NCBI RefSeq assembly: GCF_963921235.1
Contig: NC_086097.1
Span: 154,444,001-154,508,000 of the forward strand
Source: Mobula hypostoma
Lineage: Eukaryota
DNA: 64,000 bases
Reading direction: 5' to 3'
Shown piece after piece: positions 12,881-24,168 of this stretch (position 1 is the stretch's first letter; each line of letters starts with the position of its first letter). Both the position numbers and the translations under genes were made by a program. Below the pieces are notes generated by a model, which had not been told where the DNA came from, did no database searches, and saw only the letters and a list, made by a program, of their open reading frames with translations.

Positions 12881-13601
12881 CTGCCTAACCAAATCTGAAT
12901 ATACAGGGAGTATCAACAACAACTAAAGCACTACCAGCCAGGGGAAAACTTCTAGCCAAATTAATTTGCAATCCTCATTATCATTGCAAAGAAAACCAAG
13001 CAGCTGATACCAGAGAAGAGCTGCAAGAACTCACAGTTACTGCTGTAGCTGAAGTCAAACAGTCACAAAGTCAGTCATACACCACAGATACAGGCTCTTC
13101 AACCTACCACGCCACTCCAACCTTTTTGCCCTTCTACTCTAATCCTAAGTTCTCACAGGAGGGCTATATCCTTCTGTGTTTTGTATATTTAATATTGCTT
13201 TACTGTTTCTCGATGGTCCACAGCTCATGCTGGCTATGAGAGCATAACATTTATCCATTGAGCATGGATTCTCAAAATTGAAGGAGAATACAGTAGCGAT
13301 CTTTAGCTGGATTCTTTATGTAGTCTTTGTTTATGTAGTTTTACCTATATTCCATTGTATTTCTTTATTTTCCTGTAAATGCCTGCAAGAAAATGAATCA
13401 CAAGGTATTATATGTAATTTGATAATAAATTTACTTTGATTTTGAATTTATTTTGGCTTCGAAGATCTCTTGGTTCGCTGGCACAAAGAAACTCTCCTCA
13501 AGCGTTTAACTCATTCATGGGAATATTCATATCTCTTCCAGTATAACTGGACTCTCTCTCCTTCTGCCCATGTGCCACCCTTGCCATCATGATAGTCATA
13601 G

Positions 13602-14797
13602 TGTCATGGTCCATGAAGTCCACATTCCGGTTCACAGACGGGTCCATCGATCCTTATTGGAGGCTTTCGGGTTTTCCCTTGTTCTGTTGGTGCCTTAATT
13701 GAGGCACGTGATTCTCATTTTGGGCTGGCTACATAAACAGTTCCTGGGCTCAGCTTCAGTGGCTGGACTGTTCCTTCCCCTCCCCTTCCCCTTCCTTCTG
13801 AAGCCTCGCCTGCTACCTTCGCCTGTGTCCTCGCCTGTAACGCCGTCAGGTTCAACACCCAGGGCAAGATCGGGGCCTTGCTGTGTCTAGATAAGGAACT
13901 GTCTTTCATTGTGGGAACTGTCTCTTTGTGCCCTCGCCTCTGCTGGGTAGGTCCGGCTGTTTGCCACTACCTTGAGTGGAGATCTGTCTCTCAGTGTTCT
14001 GTGTATGAGTCCCAGCCCTACGTCCTGTTCCCAAGGAGGGGTCCCGGCTCTGTGTTCCATGTTCCTGTCTCTCAAGACCAAGGCTTTGTGCTCTGCATTC
14101 CTGTCTCCCAAGGTTACCAAGGCTCTGTGCTCTGCGTTCCTGTCTCCCAAGATTACCAAGGCTCTGTGTTCTGCGTTCCTGTCTCCCAAGATTACCAAGG
14201 CTCTGTGTTCCATGTTCCTGTCTCTCAAGACCAAGGATTTGTGCTCTGCATTCCTGTCTCCCAAGGTTACCAAGGCTCTGTGTTCTGCGTTCCTGTCTCC
14301 CAAGGTTACCAAGGCTCTATGTTCTGCGTTCCTGTCTCCCAAGATTACCAAGGCTCCATGTTCTGCATTCCTGTCTCCCAAGATTACCAAGGCTCCATGT
14401 TCTGCATTCCTGTCTCCCAAGTCCAAGTCTTAGCTTCGTGTTCTCATCCAGTTCTGGTCCCGTGTCCTGCCACCACATCTAGTCCAGTTGCCTTGCCATG
14501 TCTTGTCCTCGCCTAGATCCAGAGTCCGAGCCCGAGTCAAGACCCAGGTTTTGGGTCCCTGTCCAGTCTCTGGCTCGGAGTCCTTGTCCAGGTTCCAAGT
14601 TCCTAGTTCTTCGTCCAGGTCCCGCTTTCCTAGTCTAGTCCTAGCCCAGGCCCTGTATCCTAGCCTCGTCCAGGGCCTGTGTCTTTTCCAGCGTTGTTTC
14701 TTCCCTACTTCCCTTGCTTCCTTGACACACCTAGTCCTGTTCCTAGTACTTCAGTGTCTGTGTCTTGTATCCACTCCCAACCACCCCCCGTATGGCA
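13602..14797 (+). mobile_element. Solo LTR (Gypsy-type) with internal minisatellite
   Basis: Starts TGTCATGG, ends TATGGCA; 5-bp TSD CATAG at 13597-13601 and 14798-14802; orientation inferred from similarity of layout to LTRs at 52389/56356. Confidence 0.8.
14047..14420. repeat. 39/36-bp minisatellite, ~10 units, consensus GTTCCTGTCTCCCAAGATTACCAAGGCTCTGTGTTCTGC
   Basis: Directly visible tandem units; 13-aa periodicity in the overlapping ORFs. Confidence 0.95.
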
Positions 14798-16678
14798 CAT
14801 AGTCTATGTTGCAACTATCTGGTTCCCAAGGCGATTATGCCTTTAAGGGTTGATGTCCTCCTCAGTTTGACATACATTAAAATGGCAAAAGTTGCATGCA
14901 GCTCAGTGAGGTCCAGCCAAAAACAGTCCAGGTGCCATTTAAAGGCTGCTTTCTTCCCAAAACTGCTTCAGATGCCTTACTGGCAAATTTTGCAATGTTT
15001 TGTCAGAGCAATGAATTTCTCTTAGCTCTAAACGCAGTGACACATTTGCACAGCAAAAGTACCTGAAACCAAATTTCTAGGCAACTGTATCTCTTAGCAG
15101 TGCATAGACCGTGTCAGAAAATAAGAATGATGTGAATCTTAAACTGTAATTAAGAAAGAGAGTTCTGTGAACAATGGACTGGAGTGTCGGGGGTGGAATG
15201 ATGGACTTGATTTATTATTAAACCAGTCACCTATTCCATATTAGGCATGAGAGACATAATGATTGCAAGGTTGGAAGCACAGATTAATATCTATGTTTTA
15301 TTTGTTAAGTATGAATTTTTATTGAAATTCTCAACTCATAGTCATAGTCATAGTCATACTTTATTGATCCCGGGGGAAATTGGTTACTCCCTCAGTTTAA
15401 TAAAATAAAGAAGACTTAAATTACATTTACTGTATATTATTGTTTATTTTCTTATCTAAAGCCAGTATATTTTTTTGTATTTGAGCAATGAAAAATAATA
15501 TATTCTGTCTAATGATTAAAATAATAATTAATTACTCTATGAATTATACTAGGATTTCCACCATGCCTTCTTGGTTAGAGAGTATGGACTGTGCTCTGCT
15601 GAAAACAACCAATTCTATTTATTTGTAGTTAGTAATTAACAGCTATAAAGATATCACAAAGATAATTCAAAGTACAACATTCACAACTATACTTCTCAGT
15701 TCTCTCCTCTACATTCTTGAAATTGCATCGTTGTTTAGGCCAAATATTTCTAATGTGTAGACTTGTGTGATCTTCACCAGACATACAAAGAGAGCTGTAA
15801 AACCTCAAGAATTTGTTTTACTTTAGACACAAGAACCCATTGCAAAGAAAATTAATAGTAAATTGTTTTCAGTGCTGCAGTAGTAGAAATAGTTGTATTT
15901 TTAATTAGGATATCACAAAGCAGATCATATGAGAGATCTGATGATCTGGAATCCCAGTTGTTCTTGCTGTTCAGGATTTCTGACTCTGATGACTGATTTT
16001 GAATCAGCCATTTGAATGAACTTACAAAAATTGAATGAAACTAAATAAATTTTAAAAATGCAAATTTCTCACATCTTTCGGGAATACTTTACAAAGGAAG
16101 AGCCTGAAAAGGGCAGTTAGTATATTTGTATTTTTGCTGATTTAACTTTAATTGTTTAGGCCATTGTAATTCAACTATTTGCCAGGATAAACTGCATCTT
16201 TAAAGACACATCCTTTTAAGTCTACAGTAAACAATAGGGTGAAATTTTCTAACCCATCAGCTGGTGGCTTGGAACTGGCCCTCTCTATGAGTCATGGTAC
16301 GCAGCACTAGAGGTCAGATTGCGTTGATTCTAACTTCCTACTCTGCCATGGATTTGGTGCTATTTCTGAAGGTGGGACACACATATCCCAAGCTAGGTGG
16401 CTGAATGTTTCACCTCTTTGCTTTCATCAGCCCTGGCTGCCTTGAGTAGCGCAACTTCAGTCATCTGAATGGATTGCTGACTGGGATTGAAATGATTAGT
16501 GTCTTTAAAATTTAATTATTTACATTAGGCAAATAGATGATTCAATAACTCTGAAAAATCTTATCATTTTTATCAGTCTCAACTGTTTTGTCATGAGGAA
16601 AGAAGAGAATAGTGGATTCAGCTAGTTATTTCACAGGCACAGCTCTCTCATTGTTGAGGACATCTACATGAGGACACA

Positions 16679-17125
16679 GGCAGGTTGAAGGAACAACACT
16701 TTATATTCCGTCTGGGTAGCCTCCAACCTCATGGCATGAACATTGATTTCTCAAACTTACGGTAATGGCTCCCACCATTCCCCATTCCCATTTCCCTCTC
16801 TCTCTTATCTACTTACCTGCCCATTCACCTCCCTCTGGTGCTCCTCCCCCTTCCCTTTCTTCCATGGCCTTTAGTCCTCTCCTATCAGATACCCCTTTCC
16901 TAGCCCTTTATCTCTTTCAGCAATCGACTTCCCAAATCTTTACTCCCCCACCCCGCTTTCACCTATCTCCTTGTATTTCTTCCTTTCCTCCCCCCACCTT
17001 CTTACTCTGACTTCTCATCTTTTTCTCTGCAGTCCTGATGAAGGGTCTCAGCCCGAAATGGTGACTGTTTAGCCTTTTCCATAGATGCTGCCTGGTCTGC
17101 TGGGTTCCTCTAGCATTTTGTGTGC
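16679..17125 (+). mobile_element. Penelope-like element 3' fragment (GIY-YIG C-terminus, pyrimidine-rich UTR, terminal repeat) inserted in a Rex remnant
   Basis: RLKEQHFIFRLGSLQPHGMNIDFSNLR* matches end of ORF 38991..39332; flanks 16640-16675 and 17128-17235 are Rex 3' remnants. Confidence 0.85.
17031..17067 (+). ncRNA. Degenerate PLE hammerhead ribozyme motif (cleavage site mutated)
   Basis: AGTC-CTGATGA-AGGGTCTCAGCCC-GAAA-TGGT-GACTG; core boxes intact, CGTC replaced by TGGT. Confidence 0.65.
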
Positions 17126-17255
17126 GATGCCCTCTTCATGATGCTGCTATAAGACAGGAGATTACAGGAGTTTAAAGACACAAACCTCAAAGTTCAGAAA
17201 CAGATTCCTCCCCAATGCAATCAGATTTTTGAAAGGATGCAAAAAACCCGAACAC

Positions 17256-17383
17256 AAGGAAATCTACAGATGCTGGAATTTCAAGCAACACACATAAAAA
17301 TTGCTGGTGAACGCAGCAGGCCAGGCAGCATCTATAGGAAGAGGTACAGTCGACGTTTTGGGCCGAGACCCTTCGTCAGGACT
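17256..17383 (-). mobile_element. Solo PLE terminal-repeat unit (hammerhead plus 3' structured tail) with 11-bp TSD
   Basis: AACCCGAACAC at 17245-17255 and 17384-17394; insert matches the terminal repeat of the 38903-39665 element. Confidence 0.85.
17348..17383 (-). ncRNA. PLE hammerhead ribozyme motif, single core substitution (GAAA to AAAA)
   Basis: Minus strand AGTC-CTGACGA-AGGGTCTCGGCCC-AAAA-CGTC-GACT. Confidence 0.7.
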
Positions 17384-17439
17384 AACCCGAACACTCATTT
17401 GGACTATATTTCTTATCCCCTCTTTCAACTTGCGCTAGA

Positions 17440-18065
17440 GTGGTCCATCAGAGAAAGGGAAGGAGGAAGGGAGAAAGAAAAGTGACAGGCAGGTGAGGAA
17501 CAGAGAAAGGGTGAGAGAGTAACCAGAATGGGGGATGGAAAAAAAGACAAGGGAAAGACGGAAGATATTACCAGGTTTGAGAACTCAATGTTCATTCCAT
17601 CAGGCTGGAGGCTACCCAGATGGAATATGAAGTGTTATTCCTCCAGTCTGAGGATGACCGCATCATGACAGTAGAGTAGAGGATACAATAGTGCCCCTCC
17701 ACCTTTCCTTTCTCCCATGGTCCACTGTTCTCTCTTTTCAGCTTCCTTCTTTTTCAGCACTTTGCCTCTTCAAGCTATCACCTCCCAGCATCTTTCTTCA
17801 TCCCCCCTCCCCCACCCACCCACCTTCACCCTCACCTGGTCTCACCTATTACCTACCAGCCTGTATTCCATTTCCTCCCCCCACTTTCATATTCTGTCTT
17901 CTGCCCCCCTCCGCACCTTCCTTTCCAGTACTGATGTGGGGTCTCAGCTGAAACGTCGACTCCTTATTCCTCTGTATACAGTATATGCTCCAGACCTGCT
18001 GAGTTCCTGCAGCATTTTGTGCATGTCGTTATGCATTTTAAGCATCTGCAGAATCTCTAGTGTCT
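17440..18065. mobile_element. Head-to-head pair of PLE fragments (minus ~17440-17690, plus ~17690-18065)
   Basis: Minus part encodes LRLEE*HFIFHLGSLQPDGMNIEFSN; plus part is pyrimidine-rich UTR plus terminal repeat ending AGCATCTGCAGAATCTC. Confidence 0.75.
17927..17961 (+). ncRNA. Degenerate PLE hammerhead ribozyme motif
   Basis: AGTA-CTGATGT-GGGGTCTCAGCT-GAAA-CGTC-GACT; A9 changed, stem I mismatch. Confidence 0.55.
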
Positions 18066-18424
18066 GTGTTAGATTAAGCTCATGCTAATTTCCTTTCTTG
18101 TCAAAAAACCTGCAGAAAGCAAATGTTTATGATATTTATGCATATGTATGCATGTCTATGACATTAAACTTGAACATGAAAATACAGTGAGCTGTCACAA
18201 TGCCAGCAGAATATCCTGAGTATCACTGCCGCAGGTCTAGTTGCTACTCCTGGAGCATTCTGCTTTGCTAGAGGCCCAGAGGGCCATGCAGTAAGTCTGG
18301 AGCTTGGCTACATCAGTGGTACTACAGATGATTGGTAAAGTTAAGTGAGATGCGGGGAGCCAAAACAAAATGATTACCACATCATGTACAATCTAGCCAA
18401 TATACTAAGCTACAGACAATTTAC

Positions 18425-19277
18425 TGAAAGAAATCAGCAGATGGAGCAGCATCGGAGAAAAGTTGTCACTATTTCAAACTGAAACCCTGCATCAGGACTG
18501 AGAATGGGGAGGTGAGATGGCCAGTGTAAAGAGGAGAAGGAGAGTGGCAAGAAGGGACATTGAGGTGGACTGAGGAGGCGAGGAAGATTCAGACTCAGAC
18601 TGATTTATCGTCGAAACACAGTGAAATACGTCGATGGAGATAACAAACAACACAACGTAAGGATATGCTGGGGACATTGCAGCACCAACACTTGCTCACT
18701 TCCTCAGAAGAACAATACAGAACACAACAAACAACAGAGCGACAACAACAAAACAAGCCCCTTCCTCCCTCCCACTCACCCAATTCCGGGATAGGCCGCC
18801 AGTGTCCAGTTTCCAGACTTCAGCCATCAACTTCAGGACCATTGGTCAATTATTAGGCTCCGATCTTTGGTATCAACTCGCAGGTGACAACACAAATGTC
18901 AGGTAGGGGAGGTGCGTCAAGGTGCAGTGGAGATTGTGGCAAGTAAATGATAGATGGGAGACAGGCAAAGAAAAAGTGAAAAAGATAAAAAACAACAACA
19001 GATGGAGCAAGGTGGAGATTGAAGACAAATGCCAGAGGAAGATGAGCAGGAACACCAGTGTTGGATTGTGATATGTAAAGGAAGTGAGAATGGGAACCAT
19101 TAGAGGAAAAGGGAGAGTTAAACGACAGTTTGAACCCAGATCTTATGTGTGAAGTTAATAGAAGGATATGGGGGGGAGGGGGATAAAAATTAGAGAATTG
19201 GAGAAACAGAAGGGAAAGAAGCAGAGAAAAGTGGTTGGGGAGAGAGGGAAAAAAGAAGAAAAAGGTGTGGCAGGCGG
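18425..19277 (-). mobile_element. Old PLE 3' UTR and terminal repeat (left half of an element split by the Gypsy insertion)
   Basis: Decayed hammerhead AGTC-CTGATGC-AGGGTTTCAGTTT-GAAA-TAGT-GACA at 18464-18499 (minus); purine-rich plus strand; continues at 31492. Confidence 0.7.
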
Positions 19278-19452
19278 TGTTATGTTTTGGATCTACAAAA
19301 ACTAATTGAAAGAAAAACACAGGAGAGGCAGTGATAAATATTTACTCTTCAATTTTACTTTTGTGAGACATGCACATATGATGTGATGGAGTAATGATGT
19401 ATGCCATTCATGTAATTTTACATAGAACCCATAATGAATTATATAAAACGAA
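19278..19452 (-). repeat. Gypsy 3' LTR (truncated by PLE tail)
   Basis: TGTTATGTTTT...GAAAGAAAAACACAGGAGAG...AACCCATAATGAATTAT aligns with 31259-31430. Confidence 0.8.
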
Positions 19453-21131
19453 CAAGGGGAAATCTTCAGATGCTGGAAATCCAAGTACAGGTTTCCCCCG
19501 CCATCCGAAGGTAGAGTGTTCCTATGAAACAGTTCGTAAGTCGAAATATCGTAAAGCGAAGAAGCAATTACCATTTATTTATATGGGAAAATTTTGTGAG
19601 TGTTTGCAGACACAAAAATAACCTACCAAATCATGCCAAATAACACATAAAACCTAAAATAACAGTAACATATATTAAAAGCCAGAATGATATGATAAAT
19701 ACACAGCCTATATAAAGTAGAAATATTTTTCCACAATCATTACTAAACTGTTCTCCGTAGCAAAACTCTCACGCAAGCGCCGTCGGCAGAAAATCTCACA
19801 CAAGCGCTGTTGGCAAAAACACGGCGCAAGCGCTCTCCAGTAATCTTTAAACTATGAAGCTGCCAAATCATACCAAATGGCACGTAAAAATACACAGCCG
19901 ATATAAAGTAGAAATAATGTATGTACAGTGTAGTATCACTTACCGGAATCGGGACAGCGCAGAGCACACTGATGATGGTGTGTTAGGCTGAGTCGTCGCA
20001 GACTGGGTGGTGCAGTGGCCCCCACCCTCCGGGCCACCAACCGATACATTGCCGCGAAGCACGCAGTGGTCCAGCAGTAGCCGGGATGCACCCAGCACAT
20101 CTCTAAGAAAAAAGCCGAAATAAACATGCTAATTGATTACGTGTAGGGCGGCATCTAATTAATTGGCATGTTTATTTCGGCTTTTTTCTTAAAGATGTGC
20201 TGTGTGCCTCCCGGCTACTGCTGCATTCTCCGTGAATCGGTACAGTATCTGTCCGGGGCCCGGGTGTTGGGGTGGTGGGACACGGGGGTGTCATCTCATC
20301 ATCGATCAGGGCAGGCAGCTCATCTTCTTCTATGATTGCCTGCCTTAATGTCGAAGCTCAAGGTTTGTCGTCTGCTGTGGCTGATGCGGAAGGCTTGCTT
20401 GACTGCTGAGCCTCGCGCATTTTTCTATCATACAGTTCTTTGTAAGGACTCAAAGAATCTTGCAAATATCCCCTAAACCTACATACCCTTTCAAAATTAA
20501 AGCCATACTTTATCATTACTCATTCGGTTTCAATTGTTATCCTTTCCTCTTCCAATTGCATCAGCTCTTCATCTATCAGTTCTTGGTCATGGGATGCCAA
20601 AACCTCTTCAAAATCATCTTCATCAGCTTCCACGAGCCAAACTCATTTTGTCTTTGCTTCATTCACCACGATCAAAATGCTTAATTACGTCTAGTTTTAT
20701 GTTAAGTGTAACACCCTTACGAGCTATTTCAGGCTTTTCCGACACCATAGAACTCATCTTGCAAACGACTGCTCACGGGCTCATGTTAAAGCAATGCTGG
20801 CGAGAATGCCGTTCCGAATCCGGGGAGAGCGGCTGCTCGGGGCGCGCGCTGCTTTTTATTACGCGGTGATTTTTTTCGCGCGGTGATTTTTTTCGCGCGC
20901 TGAATTTTTTATTGCGCGCTGAATTTTTTTCATAACAGTGAAAACACCTTCTGAAAGTGAAAACAGGGTACTAACGTAGGTTTTTCGTAACAGTGAGGTT
21001 TCGTAAAGGGAACGTTCGAAAAGTGGGGACACCTGTAACACATAAAATGCTGGAGAGACTCAGCAGGCCAGGCAGCATCTATGGAAAAGAATATAGTCAA
21101 TGTTTCAGGTCGAGAACCTTCAGCAGGACTG
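19451..21131 (-). mobile_element. PLE terminal-repeat unit split by the Tigger element
   Basis: AACAAGGGGAAATCTTCAGATGCTGGAAATCCAAGTA continues as TAACACATAAAATGCTGG...CAGGACTG; decayed hammerhead 21095-21130 (minus: CTGCTGA-AGGTTCTCGACCT-GAAA-CATT). Confidence 0.85.
19488..21035 (-). mobile_element. Internally deleted Tigger/pogo-type DNA transposon (1548 bp)
   Basis: TA duplication 19486-87 and 21036-37; termini CAGGTTTCCCC / CAGGTGTCCCC (revcomp); minus strand from 20757 MSSMVSEKPEIARKGVTLNIKLDVIKHFDRGE (CENP-B-type N-terminal HTH) joined to acidic C-terminal EADEDDFEEVLASHDQELIDEELMQLEEE and FNFER..YKELYDRKMREAQQS. Confidence 0.88.
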
Positions 21132-21252
21132 AGCAGCAGAGATCACAGACGGGGATCAATGAGAGAGGGTTTCACTGAACTCCGAACAAAGGGAAGATTT
21201 AACTTCTTCAGGGAAGGCATCCCTAGAAAAGACTTCGCAGTGTAGTAATCCA

Positions 21253-21385
21253 ATCACAAACAAGAGAAAATCTGCAGTTGCTGGAAATCCAAGCAACACA
21301 CAGAAAATGCTAGAGGAACTCAGCAGGCCAGGCAGCATCTATGGAAAGGAGTACAGTCGACGTTATGGACTGAGACCCTTCAATA
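21253..21385 (-). mobile_element. PLE terminal-repeat unit, hammerhead decayed/truncated
   Basis: AACAAGAGAAAATCTGCAG..GCTGGAAATCCAAGCAACAC..CAGCAGGCCAGGCAGCATCTATGG..AGTCGACGTT. Confidence 0.8.
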
Positions 21386-21977
21386 GTCCTTCTGAGATTT
21401 GGTTTGAGGAGATCCAAGCATGAGCACAAGGAGTGAACCAGGAACAGCAAAGCTGGTGAATTATTGGTTGTGGAGTGTGCTGCATTGCAATATGCAAGGA
21501 GGAAATTAGTGAGCTTTGGATTCAGTGTTAGTGTAGTGTGTTCTGCTGACTTTGATCACAGTGCGCTCTTTGGAGTACAGACAAACATTTCAGCCAAGCA
21601 ATTTGTAGCTGGGTGGAAAGTGTTCTTGACCACCAGCCCTTGAGAAGAGGCTCAACACATCAGCAATATTCAAGGCTGTTGTGGAGGCTTTTGGGAACAC
21701 TTCTAGCTACTTTGCAACTGCATCCACTACTACCAAGAAATTTGTGTCCATGAATAGTCCGGCAAAGTCCAAACGAATACTCTGCTAGGACAATGCAGTC
21801 CGTCAGTGGGGATGGAGAGGTGCTGCTCTTGGCATCTTCTGCATGTGTCGGTATCCAGAACAGTGCATAGCAAGCTGTTCAATCTGTTGATCTATCCCAG
21901 GCCATCAGACAAAACTCTAAGCCAACACTTTCATTTCATTCATGCCTACATGACCAGCAACACTTTAGCTCTGTCAG

Positions 21978-22068
21978 AAAGAAGGGTCTCAGCCCAAAAC
22001 ATTGACTGTTTATTCATTTCCATGGATGCTGCCCGACCTGTGGAGTTCCTCCAGCATCTTGTGTGTAA
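21978..22068 (+). mobile_element. PLE terminal-repeat fragment inside Gypsy integrase region
   Basis: GAAGGGTCTCAGCCCAAAACATTGACTG...GATGCTGCCCGACCTG..GAGTTCCTCCAGCA. Confidence 0.7.
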
Positions 22069-22098
22069 TACTTTCACTCTCAGCTTGGATGGTACAAC

Positions 22099-22690
22099 AG
22101 AATCAGAATCAGGTTTATTATCACCAACATATGTTGTGAGATTTGTTGTTATACAGCAGCAGTATATTGCAACACATAATTTAAAAAATTGTGAATTGCT
22201 GTGAGTACATACATATATCTGCAGTACTTTTAAAATTTTAACCGGAATCAGAATCAGATTTATTATCACCGGCATGTGTATGAAGTTTGTTAACTTTATG
22301 ACACTACCTATTTAAATTAACATTAATTTAAATTATATATGTTAATTTAAATAGGTAGTGCAAGAAAGTAGTGAGGTAGTGTTCATGGGTTCAATATGCA
22401 TTCAGAAATCAGATGGCAGAGGAGAATCATTGAGTGTGCACCTTCAAGCACCTGTAGCTTCTCTTGATGGTAGCAATGAGAAGAGGGCATGTCCTGGGTC
22501 ATAGGGGTCCTTAATGATGGCTGCCAACTTTCTCAGGCATTGCTCCTTGAAGATGTCCTGGACACTGAGGAAGTTATTGCCCGTGATGGAGCTGTCTGAG
22601 TTTACAACCTCTGCAGCTTATTTTGATCTTGTGGAGTGACCCCTCCCTGTACTAGAAGGAGATACAGGCAGTTAGAATGATCTCTTACGT
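22099..22690 (-). mobile_element. Rex1/Babar-type LINE 3' fragments (two (GATTCT)n tails)
   Basis: AGAATCAGAATCAG tails at ~22099 and ~22245; minus GHALFSLLPS.EATG remnant at 22440-22500. Confidence 0.7.
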
Positions 22691-23850
22691 GAAATTTGAA
22701 CAACCTTCAAACCCCACATAAGACAATCCCTCATCAAGGCCAAGTTCATCGTGGTGCAGGTAAAAATGGGGAAATGGAATTCCTGCAGTTATATGTGGCC
22801 ATATGGAGCTGAGACAATGTGGGGCCTTTTCTGGTTTCCCTTTGGATCCTCTCTGCCATAAAAGGAAAACTTTTGATTTGCATTAGGGAGAATACATCAA
22901 GAGGAGTGCCCTCTTTTGTAAATTTTTCAGCTATTTCCTTTTCCAAGGTAAACAGGACAATACATCAGCATATCCATGATTAGTCATCCCCTTGAATTTG
23001 ACTTGTATTTGTGTCCTCCAAGAAAGAGAGCCCATCTCTGTATTCCCGCTGCTGCTACATATTAGTGTTACTCCCTTCTGTGGATTGAAAATGGACACTA
23101 GTGGTGGATGATCAGTAATTAGGGTAAACTTTCCTCCGTACAAAGTACAGGTAGTAGTTGAAACCTTTTACACCTCAAACCAGACTCAAGGCCTCTCTAT
23201 CAATCAGTGCGTAAATTTTCTCAGCAGTCGTTAAGGAAACATGATGCAAAAGCTATGGGGCATTCACTTCCATCACTCATAACAAGCGAGATGACTGCAT
23301 CTATACTATAGGTCACCGGAAAGCTGTACTGGACGGTGAGGATCATAGTGTGTGAGTACAGGGTCTGATGACCCATCTCCTTTATTTTTTTGAAAGCCTC
23401 CCCACACTGCTTTGTCCACTGCCTTTTCTTCCTGAACTGTAGTAATAAGTTCAAGAGAGGAGCATAGGAGTCAGGTTTGGCAGGAACCTGTCACAGTAAA
23501 TGACAAATCCTAAAAAGAACAACAACGGTGACACATCCTTTGGCCTTGAGGCATCCACCACTGCTTGAAAACTCTCAGGAAACTTGTGTAATCTTTGTGT
23601 GTCAATACTGTGACCACAGTTAAGTGATGCTTGACTTAAATAACTCACATTTGTTGCAAATCATGCTCTGAACCCATAAACTTCTAATCTTTTTTTACAC
23701 AGTCCTGAGATTTTGGAGATATTCCTTGTCATTCTTACTGGTAACGGTGATGTCATCCAGGTAATACTGAGTGCCTGGGCAGCCTTGCAGCACCTGGTTT
23801 ACAGCTGTCTGCCATGGTGCAGGTGCAAATGCTACTCCAAAAACAAGCCT

Positions 23851-24168
23851 AATAATAAAGGCATCCATTAGTCTTGCGAGACCATGGATCTGTGCCTGGA
23901 AAGTCTTCACTCTCCAGGGCGCAGGCCTGGGCAAGGTTGTATGGAAGACCAGCAGTTGCCCATGCTGCAAGTCTCCCCTCTCCACAACACCAAAGTTGTC
24001 CAAGGGAAGGGCATTAGGACCCATACAGCTTGGCACCAGTGTCGTCGCAGAGTATGTGTGATTAAGTGCCTTGCTCAAGGACACAACACGTTCCCCTCGG
24101 CTGGGGCTCGAACTCACGACCTTCAGGTCGCTAGTCCAATGCCTTAACCACTTGGCCACGTGCCCACA
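23851..24168 (-). mobile_element. tRNA-derived SINE with TSD, inserted in Gypsy RT
   Basis: Head GGGCACGTGGCCAAGTGGTTAAGG (A box) ... GAGTTCGAGCC (B box); core TGTGTCCTTGAGCAAGGCACTTAA; TSD CCAAAAACAAGCCT 23837-23850 / CCAAAAAAAGCCT 24169-24181. Confidence 0.88.

Noticed and set aside
14047..14420. CRISPR-like periodicity
   Set aside because: Contiguous tandem units with no unique spacers, no cas genes, eukaryotic context
13878..14516. Three long repetitive ORFs (153-212 aa)
   Set aside because: Produced by a stop-free 39/36-bp minisatellite within an LTR; no domain evidence
14981..15062. Further minus-strand exon-like segments (also ~10889-10904, ~7766-7805, ~48545-48595)
   Set aside because: Weaker splice sites, no consistent phase chain, peptides unrecognised
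15336..15385. (TCATAG)n repeat resembling a telomeric variant
   Set aside because: Followed by TTTATTGATCCC, consistent with a very short inverted LINE tail rather than a telomeric array
16399..16432. Minus-strand CTGATGA...GAAAC hammerhead-like spacing
   Set aside because: No helix II can form (AAGCAAAGAGGT), no stem I outside the core and no PLE context
23695..24159. 154-aa ORF
   Set aside because: Chance read-through from SINE into the Gypsy RT remnant
24095..24168. Possible tRNA gene (also 45781-45850)
   Set aside because: A/B boxes present but no acceptor stem or T-run terminator; continues into SINE core and has a TSD
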